The position numbers and the translations under genes are program-made. DNA of 64,000 nucleotides from Octopus vulgaris (lineage: Eukaryota): contig OX597832.1 of NCBI GenBank assembly GCA_951406725.2, positions 46,686,001-46,750,000 on the forward strand. Reading direction: 5' to 3'. Numbering within the stretch: the stretch's first letter is position 1; each line of letters opens with the position of its first letter. The notes under the pieces are model-generated. The model was not told where the DNA came from. It saw only the letters and a list, made by a program, of their open reading frames with translations, and searched no databases. This document shows, piece by piece, positions 41,148 through 56,083 of the stretch.

Positions 41148-42423
41148 TGCGTGCGTGTATGTGGGTATCCCACTGGCTTCAACACAGTTTCCATTTACCA
41201 AATTGATAACAAGGCTATAGCAGCAGCCATTCGTCCAAGGTGCCGAGTATTAGGATCGGACATGAAATTCGCGTGGTTGCGTAACAAACATCTTTATTGC
41301 ATAACAACGCTTACGAGAAACAGGAAACAGAATAAATGTACATTTTTTTCTGTGTATGTGTGTGTCTATGTATACATGAGCGTGTGTGTGTGTGTTTGTG
41401 CTTGTGTTTATGATATGTTTGTACATGTATTCGTCTGGACTGATTGGGAAGGACACAATATACGGAACGTATTTCAAAGACATGCGTTTTACACACCTAC
41501 ATGCTGTGTAAGAATGAGTTCGAACATGATTCAAGATCAGTTTCACCCAATGTGATCAAAAGAACCATCAATCATGATGCCAAGGAATACGGTTCTTCTG
41601 ATATAGCGTTTGACAGACATACTCGGAATGAAGGAATGGTAGCACCACTGATGGTAGTAAATATGTACATCACTGTTTTGACTTCGAGCTTTTCGATTTT
41701 CCTTATTTATTTTTTTTTTCATCTTTTTCTCTTTGCTTTCTTATCTGTTCTTTGGAAACATCTACGTTCCCGAGTTGCTTTATGATGTAATATTATGAAG
41801 TATTGTTTTGGATAGAAGTGTGTATTTGAGTGAGTGAGTGTTTATATGTGAGAAGGACGTGATTGTGAGAAGGGTGCGTGTGTTGGTAAGGATGTGTGAG
41901 TGTGGGAAGGATGTGTGTATGGGAAGGATATGTGTGTGTGTGGAAAGGATGTGTGTGTGTGTGTGTTTGTGTGTGTGCGTGTGTATATGTATGTATATAT
42001 GTATGTATTATTAATACACACATACATACACGCACACACACGAATGCACGCTCGCACACACACGAATGCACGCACGCACACACAAGCACACAAACACACA
42101 CACACACACACACAAACGCACACACACACACAAAGCATAACTGCAATCCAATAACAGGTGAGTAACGGAATACATTACACACACGCAGACACACACACAC
42201 GCACTTACACATTCAAACACATACAAATGTATATAAAAGTCTGTATTCATATATATTTGTGTAAATACATGTGTGTGTGTGTGTGTGTGTGTGCGTGTGC
42301 ATGTGCGTGTACGTGTGCGCACGCGCTTGTTTGTTCGTAGGTAAGGTGAGAGATAACAGAGACATAAATATTTAAATGAAAACTCATGCTATAATATATA
42401 TATATTTACATATGCATAATGCA

Positions 42424-42645
42424 TACAAAGGGTACTGAAAAATTCCTAGCTTTAAAGGTGTCACGAAAGGCCTCGTTAGAGGCCCAACCTTCTGAGTCTT
42501 TTTTTACAGGGTTTTGTAAAACTGAACAACCGCTGCAATAAGTCTGATAACCTGAGAGGGGAATATGTTGAGTAAAACCACAATGAACTGATCTTCCTGT
42601 ATTTTCTTTTACGCAAAGCCAACATCTTTTCAACCCACCCTCGTA
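42424..42645 (+). mobile_element. mariner-derived MITE
   Basis: Third copy, ending CCCTCGTA. Confidence 0.72.
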
Positions 42646-42694
42646 TCTGTGTGTGTGTATATGAGTGCACGCAAATACGTGTGTATATGAGTAT

Positions 42695-42748
<54 letters not shown>

Positions 42749-42772
42749 GCAGTTATGCTTTTTTCTGTGTGT

Positions 42773-43071
42773 GGAGGCGCAATGGCCCAGTGGTTAGGGC
42801 AGCGGACTCGCGGTCGTAGGATCGTGGTTTCGATTTCCAGACCGGGCGTTGTGAGTGTTTATTGAGCGAAAACACCTAAAGCTCCACGAGGCTCGGGCAG
42901 GGTGGTGGTGCCGATCCCTGCTGTATTCTTTCACCACTCTTTCTTCTGTTTGCCTGCTCGCTTAGACAGCGGGGTGGCGTCATTTGAAGGCTAAAACGAT
43001 GCATAGCGCATTGTGACCAGCGATGTGTAGCAACATCTCAAAGCCTGGTCGGTCACGGTGATCACGGTGAT
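42773..43071 (+). mobile_element. Family C tRNA-derived SINE
   Basis: Head GGAGGCGCAATGGCCCAGTGGTTAGGGC (A box), GGTTTCGATT (B box-like), tail ending CACGGTGATCACGGTGAT. Confidence 0.9.
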
Positions 43072-44458
43072 ATATATATATATATATATATATCTGTATA
43101 TACACACACGCACACATATATGTGCGTATATATGTGTGTATGTATGTGTGTGTGTTTGTATTACATGTCTATGCATAAGCAACTTTCTTTTGAAAAAGGA
43201 GGACGACGACGTGCAGATGCATAAACGATATTGTCTTGTGACCGATTACATAAATTAGATCTTCAGCCTGTAAAGTACACGTGATACGTTTTAACGTAAC
43301 ATCGTACGATTTAATTGTCTTTGTGACATTTATGCAGCCGTTAAATTTTTGCTTCCCGTAGCTTAAATGCAACCATTGCCGTTGAAATGTATATATTTTC
43401 TCACCATCACACGTTCAGACATTAAAGTGTCTTATTCTTAAAAGCAGACCATCGTAAGTTTGGAGAATAGAAAACCAATAGGAGAACTAACTGAACAATT
43501 AAATTCCTTCGATGCCGACACATCTGGTGTAAATCTTATAATTGGTGAGACATTGGTTGTTACGTTATTTTCTCGTAGTATACCGCGTTCGAGTTGCTTC
43601 CAGTTGCTCTGGAGAGATTTCTTTTAAGAAACATCTAATATATACAATTCTGTAGAGATTTATATGAATGGGAAAATATGTGTCATTACGTGTATCTATT
43701 TTTTTTTTACTAAGTAATTAAGATGAGTTAAGTATATATAAGAACTTGTGAAATCCCAGTTTTTGAAATTCCGAGTTCTTTGAGTTATATCTGACCAGAA
43801 GAAGCACGATTCATTTCGATCTCTTGAGATACCAAAATAGGCCACCTTGATTGCTGTTGTTACTTTCTCTTTCATCATTTATTTGTTTCAGTCTTTGGGT
43901 TACGACCATACTGGAGCGACGACTTGAGAGGTTTTAGACGAACGTTTCTACCCCAGTGATTATGCTATTGCCCATGGACGAAATAAATTGCTTATACAGA
44001 AAAAATATTTTTAAGGATTTTTATACAATTCCTAATAAAATTTAATTATAAAAATCCAACAACAATTCTGTTGTGTCCGGAGAGAGTCATTTTCTTTTTG
44101 TGCCTTAAGTCGAGAGCGACGTCTTAGTTGTTGTGACAGGAAAGTAGCTAACTGAAACAAGTATAAGATAAAAGATACGTCTAGAGAAGTCGCCTCGTAA
44201 AGATCTGATGCTGGACCGTTTCCATCTGCCATTGTTACTGCTGCGCCTTTTCGCACTACACGTTTATATTCTATGACTTTTCAGAGGGGACAAACAAGGA
44301 CAGACAAAGGGATTAAGTCGATTATATCTACCCCAGTAATTTTCAATTCATCTCAGGTATCGAAAGCATTTTCTGCTCTCTATAAATATTTATCAACTAT
44401 TTTAATCACCCTACCGAGGAATGAACGTCACGAAAACTAATCAGACCAGATAATTTCT

Positions 44459-44877
44459 TATTTCTTATTTCTTTACGCCCACAAGGGCTAGACACAGAGG
44501 GACAAACAAGGACAGACAAAGGATTAAGTCGATTATATCTACCCCAGTACGTAACTGGTACTTATTTAATCGACCCCGAAAGGATGAAAGGCAAAGTCGA
44601 CCTCGGCGGAATTTGAACTCACAACGTAACGACAGACGAAATACCTATTTCTTTACAACCCACAAGGGGCTAAACACAGAGAGGACAAACAAGGACAGAC
44701 AAACGGATTAAGTTGATTATATCTACCACAGTACGTAACTGGTACTTATTTAATCGACCCCAAAAGGATGAAAGGCAAACTCGACCTCGGCGAATTTGAA
44801 CTCAGAACGTAACGGCAGACGAAATACCGCTAAGCATTTCGCCCGGCGTGCTAACGTTTCTGCCAGCTCGCCGCCTT
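44459..44877 (-). mobile_element. Family A SINE dimer with 15-bp TSD
   Basis: GACCAGATAATTTCT at 44444-44458 and 44879-44893. Confidence 0.92.
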
Positions 44878-46253
44878 TGACCAGATAATTTCTGGCTTTC
44901 ACTTTCTTTTTGCTTAAATAATATCAAATCCAAAGATATCGCTACATGAGTGCGATGTCGCGCGCGCGAAGGTGTGTGTGTGTGTATGTGTGTGTGCGTG
45001 TTTTTATAATAATTGTTAATTACAGATATTCTTTTATGAGTTCCTGTTTATAAAGAAGATAGTATTATCTACAAGTTACTGGTATAAATTTAACTTTAAC
45101 GCATGTAAGGATAACAAATATCTAATACGTATGTAGTGTTTTAATTATTAACTTTGGGATTACGAAATAGTGTAATTCACTCAGAATTAGATTAAATATT
45201 AATTAAGTTCAATCGAGTTTGCAGAGAATTGTTTTGCAGAGAATAGAATATAAAGCTTTCACGTTTATATGAATAACTATGGAAGACCGTTGGGAATATT
45301 ATCTGTATGGACTTAAAGGATTGGTCGCCATTTAGTTATGTAATTTAGGAATTGGTAATAGGTTTACTTATGGAATTTATTTAGCGATGCTGTTGTACAT
45401 AGTGTTTAATACTTCTTAGAATTAAGATTGAGTGGTACTACCCAGGTGTAGAAACCATAGTGGTATCCGCGGGGGCAGCTGATGACGTGGGTATGCTGGA
45501 TTTTTGGTATGGCTGTTGTTGTATGTGCGCAATAGTTTTATAACACACCCATTTGAAAAGAGAGTGAGTTTGTGTGTGTGTGTGTATGTGTATGTGTGTA
45601 TGTGTGTGTGTGTGTGTGTATGTGTGTGTGTGTGCGTGTGTGTGTACATATATTGTACATATATGTGTGTGTGTCTGTGTACTACACTTACAAACAATAA
45701 GTCCTGGGGTAGATTTCCTCGACTAAAGGCGGTGCTCCAGCATGGCCGCAGTGAAAATAACTGAAACAAGTCAAAGAATAAGAGAATAAAAAAATACGTA
45801 TATTGTTACATCTCTCTCCTTCTCTTTCTCCCTCTCTTTCTCTCTTTCTCCCTCTCTTTCACTCTATCTCCCTCTCTTTCAATCTCTCTCTCTTTCTTTT
45901 TCTCCCTCTCTCTTTCTGTACAATTGGGTACGTGAGTAAAATTTATACTGTGGGAAGGAGCGAGTGAGAGAAAGGGAAGAGGAGGAAGGAGAGAGAGAGA
46001 GAGAGAGAAGGAGATAAAGTGAGGGAGGAAGTAGATTAGACAGAGGGATAGGTGTAAGGCGATTTACAGTCTGCTTGCTTAGTTCCCAGTCTCTCTCTCT
46101 CTCTCTCTGTTCACTCTTTGCCTTATTATATCTAATTTAAAGTCGGTGTCTGTGAATGTGAATGCGACGACGGAGACGGATCAGTCGGGTTTGGTGTTGG
46201 TGGCGGAGGCGGCGGCGACGACGGCAGTGATGGCGGTGGTGGTGGTGGTGGCT

Positions 46254-46314
<61 letters not shown>

Positions 46315-46492
46315 GGAGTAGTGGGAGTAGTACCAGCAGCAGCAGCAGCAGTAGCAGTAGTAGTTGTAGTAGTAGTAGTAGTTGTAGTAGTTATAGTAGT
46401 TGTAGTGGTGGTGGTGGTAGTAGTGGTTAGTTTTACACATTTTTTATCGATTGATTTGATTTGTAGTCCGTATAATTACATATACATACTTC

Positions 46493-46760
46493 ACACACAC
46501 ATGCACATACACACACAAACACGCAAGCACACACACACATGCACATACACACACAAACACGCAAGCACACACACACATGCACATACACACACAAACACGC
46601 AAGCACACACACACATGCACATACACACACAAACACGCAAGCACACACACACACACACACACACACAAACACGCAAGCACACACACACATGCACATACAC
46701 ACACAAACACGCAAGCACACACACACATGCACATACACACACAAACACGCAAGCACACAC
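46493..46760. repeat. 38-bp CA-rich minisatellite, about 7 copies
   Basis: Unit CACACACATGCACATACACACACAAACACGCAAGCACA. Confidence 0.9.
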
Positions 46761-47208
46761 GCACGCGCACACACGCATTTATACAGACATTTACGCACAT
46801 GCATTACACACGCATATATATATACACACACACACACACACATGTATCATACAGGTACACACATATTCATACAAGCAGTACACAGAAACGCGAAAGTACA
46901 TATCACAACGGTAGATACACACAATGTATACACACAGTTACATATATAAACACATAGATTCATACACGTTGAAACATTACATACATATATAAACACGCGA
47001 ACATACTTATGTGACAAGGATATGCGCTCGTACACGCGCTCACACACACACACACACACTCCTCGCACATACATGCATATCATAAACATGCACACACACA
47101 CACACACATACACGCTTTGAAGAGTTACATACACAAACACGTACATGATATATATATATCTGTATTATATATATGATATATATATATAAATATATATATA
47201 TCATATAT

Positions 47209-47269
<61 letters not shown>

Positions 47270-47613
47270 GTACAGATATTTGTCACAAACAATCACACTC
47301 GCGCATATACCCACGAATACACACACACACATAAACATTTATGGGTCAACAGTCTTATGTATAGCTTATAGCGGTTGCACTAAATGAGCAGACCTATGAT
47401 CGAAGCCAATCCATCCGCGACCGTTCCCCGTCCATCCCATCTCACACCCGCGATTCGAACCAGAGGCCCTCTTCATCCAATATGTACGTTTGTAAGAATT
47501 TATAATGCAGTTTGAGTGCAATTTGACCGCTAATTCCAGCAGATCGAGTGATAATGTAAACGTTCTTTGATAAACTATAAATATGCGTGTGCGCACTTGT
47601 GTATAGGCATGTA

Positions 47614-47660
<47 letters not shown>

Positions 47661-47666
<6 letters not shown>

Positions 47667-47900
47667 AAGTTGAGTTGTGGGGTATCGCACGAGTGGGATT
47701 ATATAAGAAAAAAGGTTTGAAAATGCAATTTAAACGATGTTTATTTACTTAACCGGTTTCACTCTTTGGTAAAAGATTGTCAAAAGTTACATTTAAGGAA
47801 ACATTGAATAATATGGGTTCAAAAAAAGTTTTTTACATAATTGTCACATTGAATATTATGCATTCAAGAAAGTTTTTTACATAATTATTTTTACATAATA
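47661..47900 (-). mobile_element. Short insert in (TA)n with a decayed hammerhead motif (47747-47787)
   Basis: ACTT-TTGACAA-TCTTT(TACC)AAAGA-GT-GAAA-CCGG-TT-AAGT. Confidence 0.45.
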
Positions 47901-47912
47901 TATATATATATG

Positions 47913-47944
<32 letters not shown>

Positions 47945-48333
47945 GATGTAAGTATGTACATATATGTATGTATATATGCATGTATTTTATTTATTTATTA
48001 TATTACTATATATATATATATATATACACACACACGCACACATGCACACATGCACACACACACACATTTATATATGAGTAACAAGTGTTCACTTTGGTAT
48101 GTAACTTTTTACAGTCGTGGAAAATACTTCCATGCGTGTGTATGTATGATATCAGATGTATGTAAGGAAGTATGTGTGCATATGAAGATACTGAGAGGAG
48201 CTGGAGTGAAAATGCGGGGGTGACAGCCATAATAAGCACATCAATTAGCTACGCATACACACCCAAGCACTAGAAGCATTCACGAACACCCACACCGCCC
48301 AGCGTCACGCACCAGTGCTTACACCACCACCCA

Positions 48334-48390
<57 letters not shown>

Positions 48391-48626
48391 TATGTGTGTG
48401 TGTGTGTGTGTATGTATATATATATATATACGCATAGATAGATCGGTAGATGGATACATACATATATATATATATACACACATATATATGTATATATATA
48501 TATATATAGCGAGAGAGGGAAGAGTGAGAGAGAGAGAGAAGTATATGTATATATATATATATATATATATACATATGTATGTATATATATATGGGTGGGT
48601 CTGTATCTATGTATATGTATATATAA

Positions 48627-48686
<60 letters not shown>

Positions 48687-48743
48687 ATTTATATATATAT
48701 AGATGCAATAATATATTATAAGATATAAAAATACAATAAGGTA

Positions 48744-48775
<32 letters not shown>

Positions 48776-49194
48776 CACATATATATATATATATATATAT
48801 ACAAACACACGCATTCAGTTGGCAAAATACCATGCACACACAAGGAAGGTTTCTAGGCCAATACCCCATGCAGACACACACACAGACACACACATACACA
48901 CACACACACACAGACATTTACACGCACACATACGCAGATGTACAACTTTTTACGCAGAGATTCCGAGACACTGCTACACAGAAGAGGTGTGCGTGCTTGA
49001 GCAGTCACTTGTGAAATTACGCTGCGGCTTCATTACCGGGTTAACCTTGTGTCACATCACATAACCTATAGCATAGCTTTAACATACTTCTGTACAGGTC
49101 TGGCTATGCCTCTACATACACGTGCACACATCTCCCCCCCCCCCCTCTGTACGACTCTATCGGTCTTCTCCCCACACACGAACACTCACACAAA

Positions 49195-49615
<421 letters not shown>

Positions 49616-50023
49616 CTTATTACTATTGGGAGGCATTAACTCGTCATTTTTAACCTATATGTAGTTTTATACATCGTTGCATGCGTGCATGCATATACAC
49701 ATAGGTACATGAAAATACGCATGCATGCGTTAATACGTATATACACGCGCCATGTCAGCTTCCTCCTTAAGCATTCAATCAAACACTCACCAAACTGTAC
49801 ATCATCTACTTACGCTTCCTGCTTGTATACATACATAGATACATAGATACATACATACATACATACATACATACATACATACATACATACATACATACAT
49901 AGACACATCCATACATACATACACGCTTTCATACATACAAAACATATATATACATGCACACATATATATACATATATATACATGCATACACGTACACACA
50001 CACATACACATACACACACACAT

Positions 50024-50201
50024 AGGCGTAGGAGTGGCTGTGTGGTAAGTAGCTTGCCTACCAACCACATGGTTCCGGGTTCAGTCCCACGGCGTGGCAC
50101 GTTGGGCAAGTGCCTTTTACTGTAGCCTGGGGCCGACCAAATCCTTGTGAGTGGATTTGGTAGATGGAAACTGAAAGAAGCCCGTCGTATATATGTATAT
50201 G

Positions 50202-50238
<37 letters not shown>

Positions 50239-50440
50239 TTGTGTGCCTGTGTTTGTCCCCCTAGCATTGCTTGACAACCAATGCTGGTGTGTTTATGTCC
50301 CCGTCACTTAGCGGTTCGGCAGAAGAGACTGATAGAATAAGTACTAGGCTTACAAAGAATATGTCCTGGGGCCGGTTTTCTCGACTAAAGGCGGTGCTCC
50401 AGCATGGCCGCAGTCAAATGACTGAAACAAGTAAAAGAGC
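50024..50440 (+). mobile_element. Family B SINE, full length
   Basis: Matches the family B consensus. Confidence 0.93.
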
Positions 50441-51029
50441 ATATATATACTTATATATATTACAGAATTAGAAATAGAGGATATTGCAAACACCGAATGA
50501 TTTATAAAAATCTGATTACTAAAGTGTGAAAATTAGCAGAAAAGCCATTCAAATTAATCTTGGACACATATATTCTTTTACTTGTTTCAGTCATTTGACT
50601 GCGACCATGGGTGACGAAAACACCAAAATCGGTTGTCAAACGATGGTGGAGGGTACAAATACACACATATATATCTTCTTTCTTTATCTTTCAAAGAAAA
50701 TAGTTCTCCAGCGTTCGCTATTTTACCCTCATTCTGGTCTAACGCCCCCCTATGTTTGTTTTCGTTCGGTTTCCTTGTACGTCACCACTGTCCAGTTTTT
50801 ATTCCCAACATTGACCCTTCATAAATCCCAAATTTTATTTTGGCATTTGTGGGAGCAACTGCCTTCGAAGACCCATATTGTCGTTCAATGCTCCAAATGA
50901 CGATTGGATAGGCAGACGACAACTGATGAAGCATCGGTCTTTATGCTGCTTGTATTGTTTTCCATTTTTTCTCTCGTTGTTTGCGTATTCAACTCACTTG
51001 ATATATAACATATTATGCTTTACATAAAA

Positions 51030-51555
51030 ACTTAGATAAAATTTAGATATGTTTCGACCAATGATTGGTCCAGGCCATGTCTAACTTAATAGCATAGGAT
51101 TATCTGAATCCTGTTTAAGTTAAGTTTTGTTTATGGTCCATTCAAGTAGTGAGTTTTTGTTGGGTGAGTTGTATCCAATCATGGGTGGCTTATCTGGTAT
51201 TCCTTGAAGAAATCTGTCCTGACTCCGTTTAAAGTTGATGGGATCCTTTTCCTCTTTGATCTCTTTCGGGACAATGTTAAATAGGGTAAGATCTGTTGAG
51301 GAAAAGAAATTATGTTGCAGTGTACATGTATGCTGTGATCTGGAATTGGGCAGGGGACGTATGGCCCGTGGTCCCAGTCTTGGATGAACCTTGAAGCTAA
51401 TGTTCAGGTCGTTTGGGCAAAGTTGGCGGTATATTTTCCACATCGTACAAATGATGTACCGCTCACGGCGACGCTGGAGAGAGTAGAGTTTCAAGGCTTT
51501 AAGGCGATCCCAATAATCGAGAGCAGGCATGCCTTCAATTCGTTTAGTGAGTGCA
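51030..51555 (-). mobile_element. CR1-group LINE 3' end: ORF2 C-terminus and 3' UTR stem-loop
   Basis: ORF 51120..51530 LDYWDRLKALKLYSLQRRRERY...WKI...LFNIVPKEIK...FKR..D.FL..IPDKP...GY...NSL; 3' hairpin GACCAA-TCA-TTGGTC. Confidence 0.8.
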
Positions 51556-51734
51556 CTCTAATATATAAACTATAACAATATCAGTAATTATTAAAATATA
51601 TAACATATAGCAATAGAAATTGAGATAATATCTTACAGCTGTTTCAGCCATTAATAATTAGGTATTCTACCAGCAGTATATTGGATAGTTATTATCCCTT
51701 AGTTGGTTGGATTCACAACCTTAACTTTCTTGGA

Positions 51735-51801
<67 letters not shown>

Positions 51802-51860
51802 TATATTGTTGTGTCTGGGCGGAGAGTCCTTCTCCTTTAGTGCTTTATTATTTAACATGT

Positions 51861-52104
51861 TGTTGGTAACCAAGCTACTTACCACACAGCCACTCCTTTT
51901 ATTTGTTTCAGCCATTAGACTGCAGCCATGCTGGAGCACTGTCTTGCTGTATTTTCAGTCGAATGACACAACCCCTAATTTATTTTATGAAGTCTGGTAA
52001 TTATTCTATCGGTCTATTTTGCCGAACTGCTAAGTTACGGGACGTAAACACACCAGCATCTGTTGTCAAGTGATGTTGGGGGGGGGACAGACACACAAAC
52101 ACAT

Positions 52105-52151
<47 letters not shown>

Positions 52152-52312
52152 TATATACGACGAGCTTCTTTCAGTTTCTGTCTACCAAATCAACTCACAA
52201 TGTTTCCGTCAGCCTGGAGCTAGAATGTAAAACACATGGGCAAGGTGCCACGCACTGGAACTGAAGCCGGAACCCTGTGGTTCGGAAACAAGCACCTTAC
52301 CACACATCCACC
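51861..52312 (-). mobile_element. Family B SINE preceded by a short head fragment
   Basis: Reverse complement of the family B consensus. Confidence 0.85.
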
Positions 52313-52463
52313 CCATATATACATATATATACTCACACACACACATATATATATTTAATTAAATCTGGGCGTAGGTGTGGTGTTGCGTATGAATATATAC
52401 AAACACACACATACATATGTACGCACACACATACATATGTACGCACACACATACATATGTACG

Positions 52464-52502
<39 letters not shown>

Positions 52503-52767
52503 GCGGGAAATTTCCAGTCAGCTGGGGTATCACAGGTGTACTAACTGTATAAATAATATCGTTACGCTTGCAGATTATCTGTAAACATCATAAACATTCC
52601 AGAAATGACATCTGTTGGAAGGTGAAATGTCTAGAAATAAATAAATACATCGGCAAGCTCCATGCATGTATATGCATCATATATATACAGGTGTGTATGT
52701 GTGAGTGTGTGTACGCATATATATATACATATATATATATATGTATATATACATATATATATACATA

Positions 52768-52848
<81 letters not shown>

Positions 52849-52880
52849 ACATGTCTGCATAAATGTGTGACGTATATATG

Positions 52881-52933
<53 letters not shown>

Positions 52934-53038
52934 AAATACATTCACACATTCACACTGACATATATATTTGCGTGTATATATATATATACATATATATGTA
53001 AATATATATACATATATATATATATATGTATATATATG

Positions 53039-53155
<117 letters not shown>

Positions 53156-54264
53156 GCATACAAGGAGCCGCGCACACAAACACATAACTATAGACACTCT
53201 CTATTTCTTTCCCTCTTTTTTTATCTCTCTCTCTCATTCACACGCACGATCATATACACATACATATCATACCTACCTTCCTACGTACTTACCTACCTAT
53301 GTACATACATACATACGAACATACATACATACATACATACATACATACATACATACATACATACATACATACATACATACATACATACGTAAACTTTATA
53401 TTTTTACCTCTTAATACTGGGTTACCAGGTTATTTAATCACTGTAGGAGAAGCCTTGAGATGCTGCATACACGAGAGTACATCGTATGAGGGGGTGGAGA
53501 GATGTAAAGAGAGATTAAGACAGAAGAGAGAGACATGTAGACATGCAAAGATATATATATGTATACAAGCATGTTACCAGTTCAAATACGCTTGGGGCAT
53601 ATTCGAACCTGTAAGAAAGACATCCACCCTGTTTTTTTTTTTTATCACGGCGGCAATTTCTCGCTGTAGATAAATGGGTACAAACACGTTGTGTTCGCTT
53701 ACAGCATCTCCTAACCAGACTGTGAGATACATGCATTTCGGTGTCATTCTCTCTTCAGCTACAGACACCAGATAAACAGATATTACCAACTGATACGAGA
53801 TTCACATGTCTCCTATGGTATTCCTGTCATCTTTCAGTCTGTCTCTTCAGTAAATTTCCATGTGTGAGGGTGAAGAAAATGACATAGCAAACTTAGCCTA
53901 CGCTAACTATACGGCGGGTGCCCTTTGACATGAACTTTGAGACGGCATTTGAATTGGGTATGTGGGTTGTATGGTGTTGCGTCTGCTGGGTTCTTCCAAT
54001 CTCTTTGGGTATTACTCTTTGGTCGCTACTACTCCCAGACTGGGGTCTTTCTTTTCATGCTCTTTACACTGTGCATTATTTGATATATAGGGGCAAATTA
54101 TAGAGTGAACCATTATTTCGTCGGACAAAATGCTTTGCGTATTTGTCCCTATTCTCTACATTCCGATTTTCATACTTCACCGAAGATTCGTGCAATTATT
54201 AGGAAACAATTATTATCTTTTTATTGTGGTGACTTTAATGTCTTATTTATTTTTATATAAATAA

Positions 54265-54660
54265 GGCAGCGTGCTGGCAGAAACGTTAATACGCCGGGCG
54301 AAATGCTAAACGGTATTTCGTCTGCCGTTACGTTCTGAGATCGAATTCTGCCGAGGTCGACTTTGCCTTTCATTCTTTCGGGGTCGATTAAATAAGTACC
54401 AGTTACGCACTGGGATCGATGTAATCGACTTAATCCGTTTGTCTGTCCTTGTTTGTCCCCTCTGTGTTTAGCCCCTTGTGGGTAGTAAAGAAATAAGTCT
54501 GTCTTTACGTTCTGAGTTCAAATTCCGCCGTGGTCGACTTTGCCTTTCATCCTTTCGGGGTCGATAAATTAAGTACAAGTTCCGTACTGGGGTTGATCTA
54601 ATCGACTGGCCCCGCTACACCAAAATTTCGGGTCTTGTATCTCGAGTAGAAAAGATTATT
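54265..54660 (+). mobile_element. Family A SINE dimer ending in the alternative tail
   Basis: Head-body-tail1-body-tail2 (..AAATTTCGGGTCTTG..GTAGAAAAGATTATT). Confidence 0.9.
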
Positions 54661-54747
54661 TCTATATGTATCACTTTTTCTGTCTGTTTCTCGATGCGTA
54701 TCTATGCATTTGTGAGTGTGTGCGTGTGTGTGTGTGTGTGTGTGTAT

Positions 54748-54890
54748 GTTTGTCTCCCCAACATCACTTGACAACCGATGCTGGTGCGTTTACGTCCCCG
54801 TACAAAGAATAAGTTCTGGAGTCGATTTCCTCGACTCAAGGCGGTTTCTCCAGCATGGCCGCAGTCAAATGACTGAAACAAGTAAAAGAG
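54748..54890 (+). mobile_element. Family B SINE 3' half
   Basis: CTTGACAACCGATGCTGGTG..GACTGAAACAAGTAAAAGAG. Confidence 0.85.
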
Positions 54891-55004
54891 TATACATACA
54901 CACAAATACATACACATACATACAGGCACATAGACACATGGACATGTACACACACATGCGTATATATATACATATACACGTGCACACGGAATTTCTAGAA
55001 TACT

Positions 55005-55392
55005 GTGTGGAAGCACTCCGTCGGTTACGACGACGAGGGTTCCGGTTGATCCGAATCAACAGAACAGCCTGATCGTGAAATTAACGTGTAAGTGGCTGAG
55101 CACTCCACAGACACGTGTACCCTTAACGTAGTTCTCGGGGATATTCAGCGTGACACAGAGAGTGACAAGGCTGGCCCTTTGAAATACAGGTACAACAGAA
55201 ACAGGAAGTAAGAGTGAGAGAAAGTTGTGGTGAAAGAGTACAGCAGGGATCACCACCACCCCTGCCGGAGGCTCGTGGAGCTTTTTAGGTGTTTTCGCTC
55301 AATAAACACTCACAACGCCCGGTCTGACAATCGAAACCGCGATCCTACGACCGCGAGTCCGCTGCCCTAACCACTGGGCCATTGCGCCTCCA
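55005..55392 (-). mobile_element. Family C SINE with long alternative tail and 11-bp TSD
   Basis: Same head and body as 42773; TCTAGAATACT at 54994-55004 and 55393-55403. Confidence 0.9.
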
Positions 55393-55779
55393 TCTAGAAT
55401 ACTAGTTGGAGTGTGAATGCTGCCACCATCGACATTAATGACCATAGCAGGAACGTCTTTGATCATAGAACTGGTCTGTTAGTGGTCGACCTGGGGTTAA
55501 ATACCAGTAACAATAGGAAGATGCTTGATGTCGGTGGCTAGACGCTACACGCCGACAAACCACACCACCGCTGCTGAGATCGAAGTTGTCCTTTGAAGTT
55601 GGAATAATGATTGGGAAGAATGGTGTTCTGTGAGGGAGAGGTGGAGGGAGAGGAAGGGAGTAAGGTTATGGTGAGGGTGTAGAGGAGGAGAAGGAGGAGG
55701 AAAAGAAAAAGGAGGTTAGGAGACGGTAAAGGAAAAGAGTGGTGGTGGTGGTGGTGGTGGTGGTGATGGTGGAAGAAGA

Positions 55780-56052
55780 AGACGACGGCAACGAAGAAGA
55801 AGAAAAAGAAGAAGGAGAAGAAGAGGAAGGAGGGGAAGAAGAAGAAAAAGAAGAAGAAGAAGAAGAAGAAGAAGAAGAAGAAGAAGAAGGGAAGGAGGGG
55901 AAGAAGAAGAAGAAGAAGACGAAGAGGAAGGAGGGGAAGAAGAAGAAGAAGAAGAAGAAGACGAAGAAGAAGACGAAGAAGAAGAAGAAGACGAAGAGGA
56001 AGGAGGGGAAGAAGAAAACGAAGAAGACGAAGAGGAAGGAGGGGAAGAAGAA

Positions 56053-56083
<31 letters not shown>

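Noticed and set aside
42773-42845. tRNA gene candidates at SINE heads
   Set aside because: They continue into SINE bodies and tails and lack a proper acceptor stem
50920-50950. CTGATGA followed by a short hairpin
   Set aside because: No GAAA or stem III nearby
53897-53957. Possible plus-strand exon PTLTIRRVPFDMNFETAFEL with a GTATGT donor
   Set aside because: Weak acceptor and no recognisable homology
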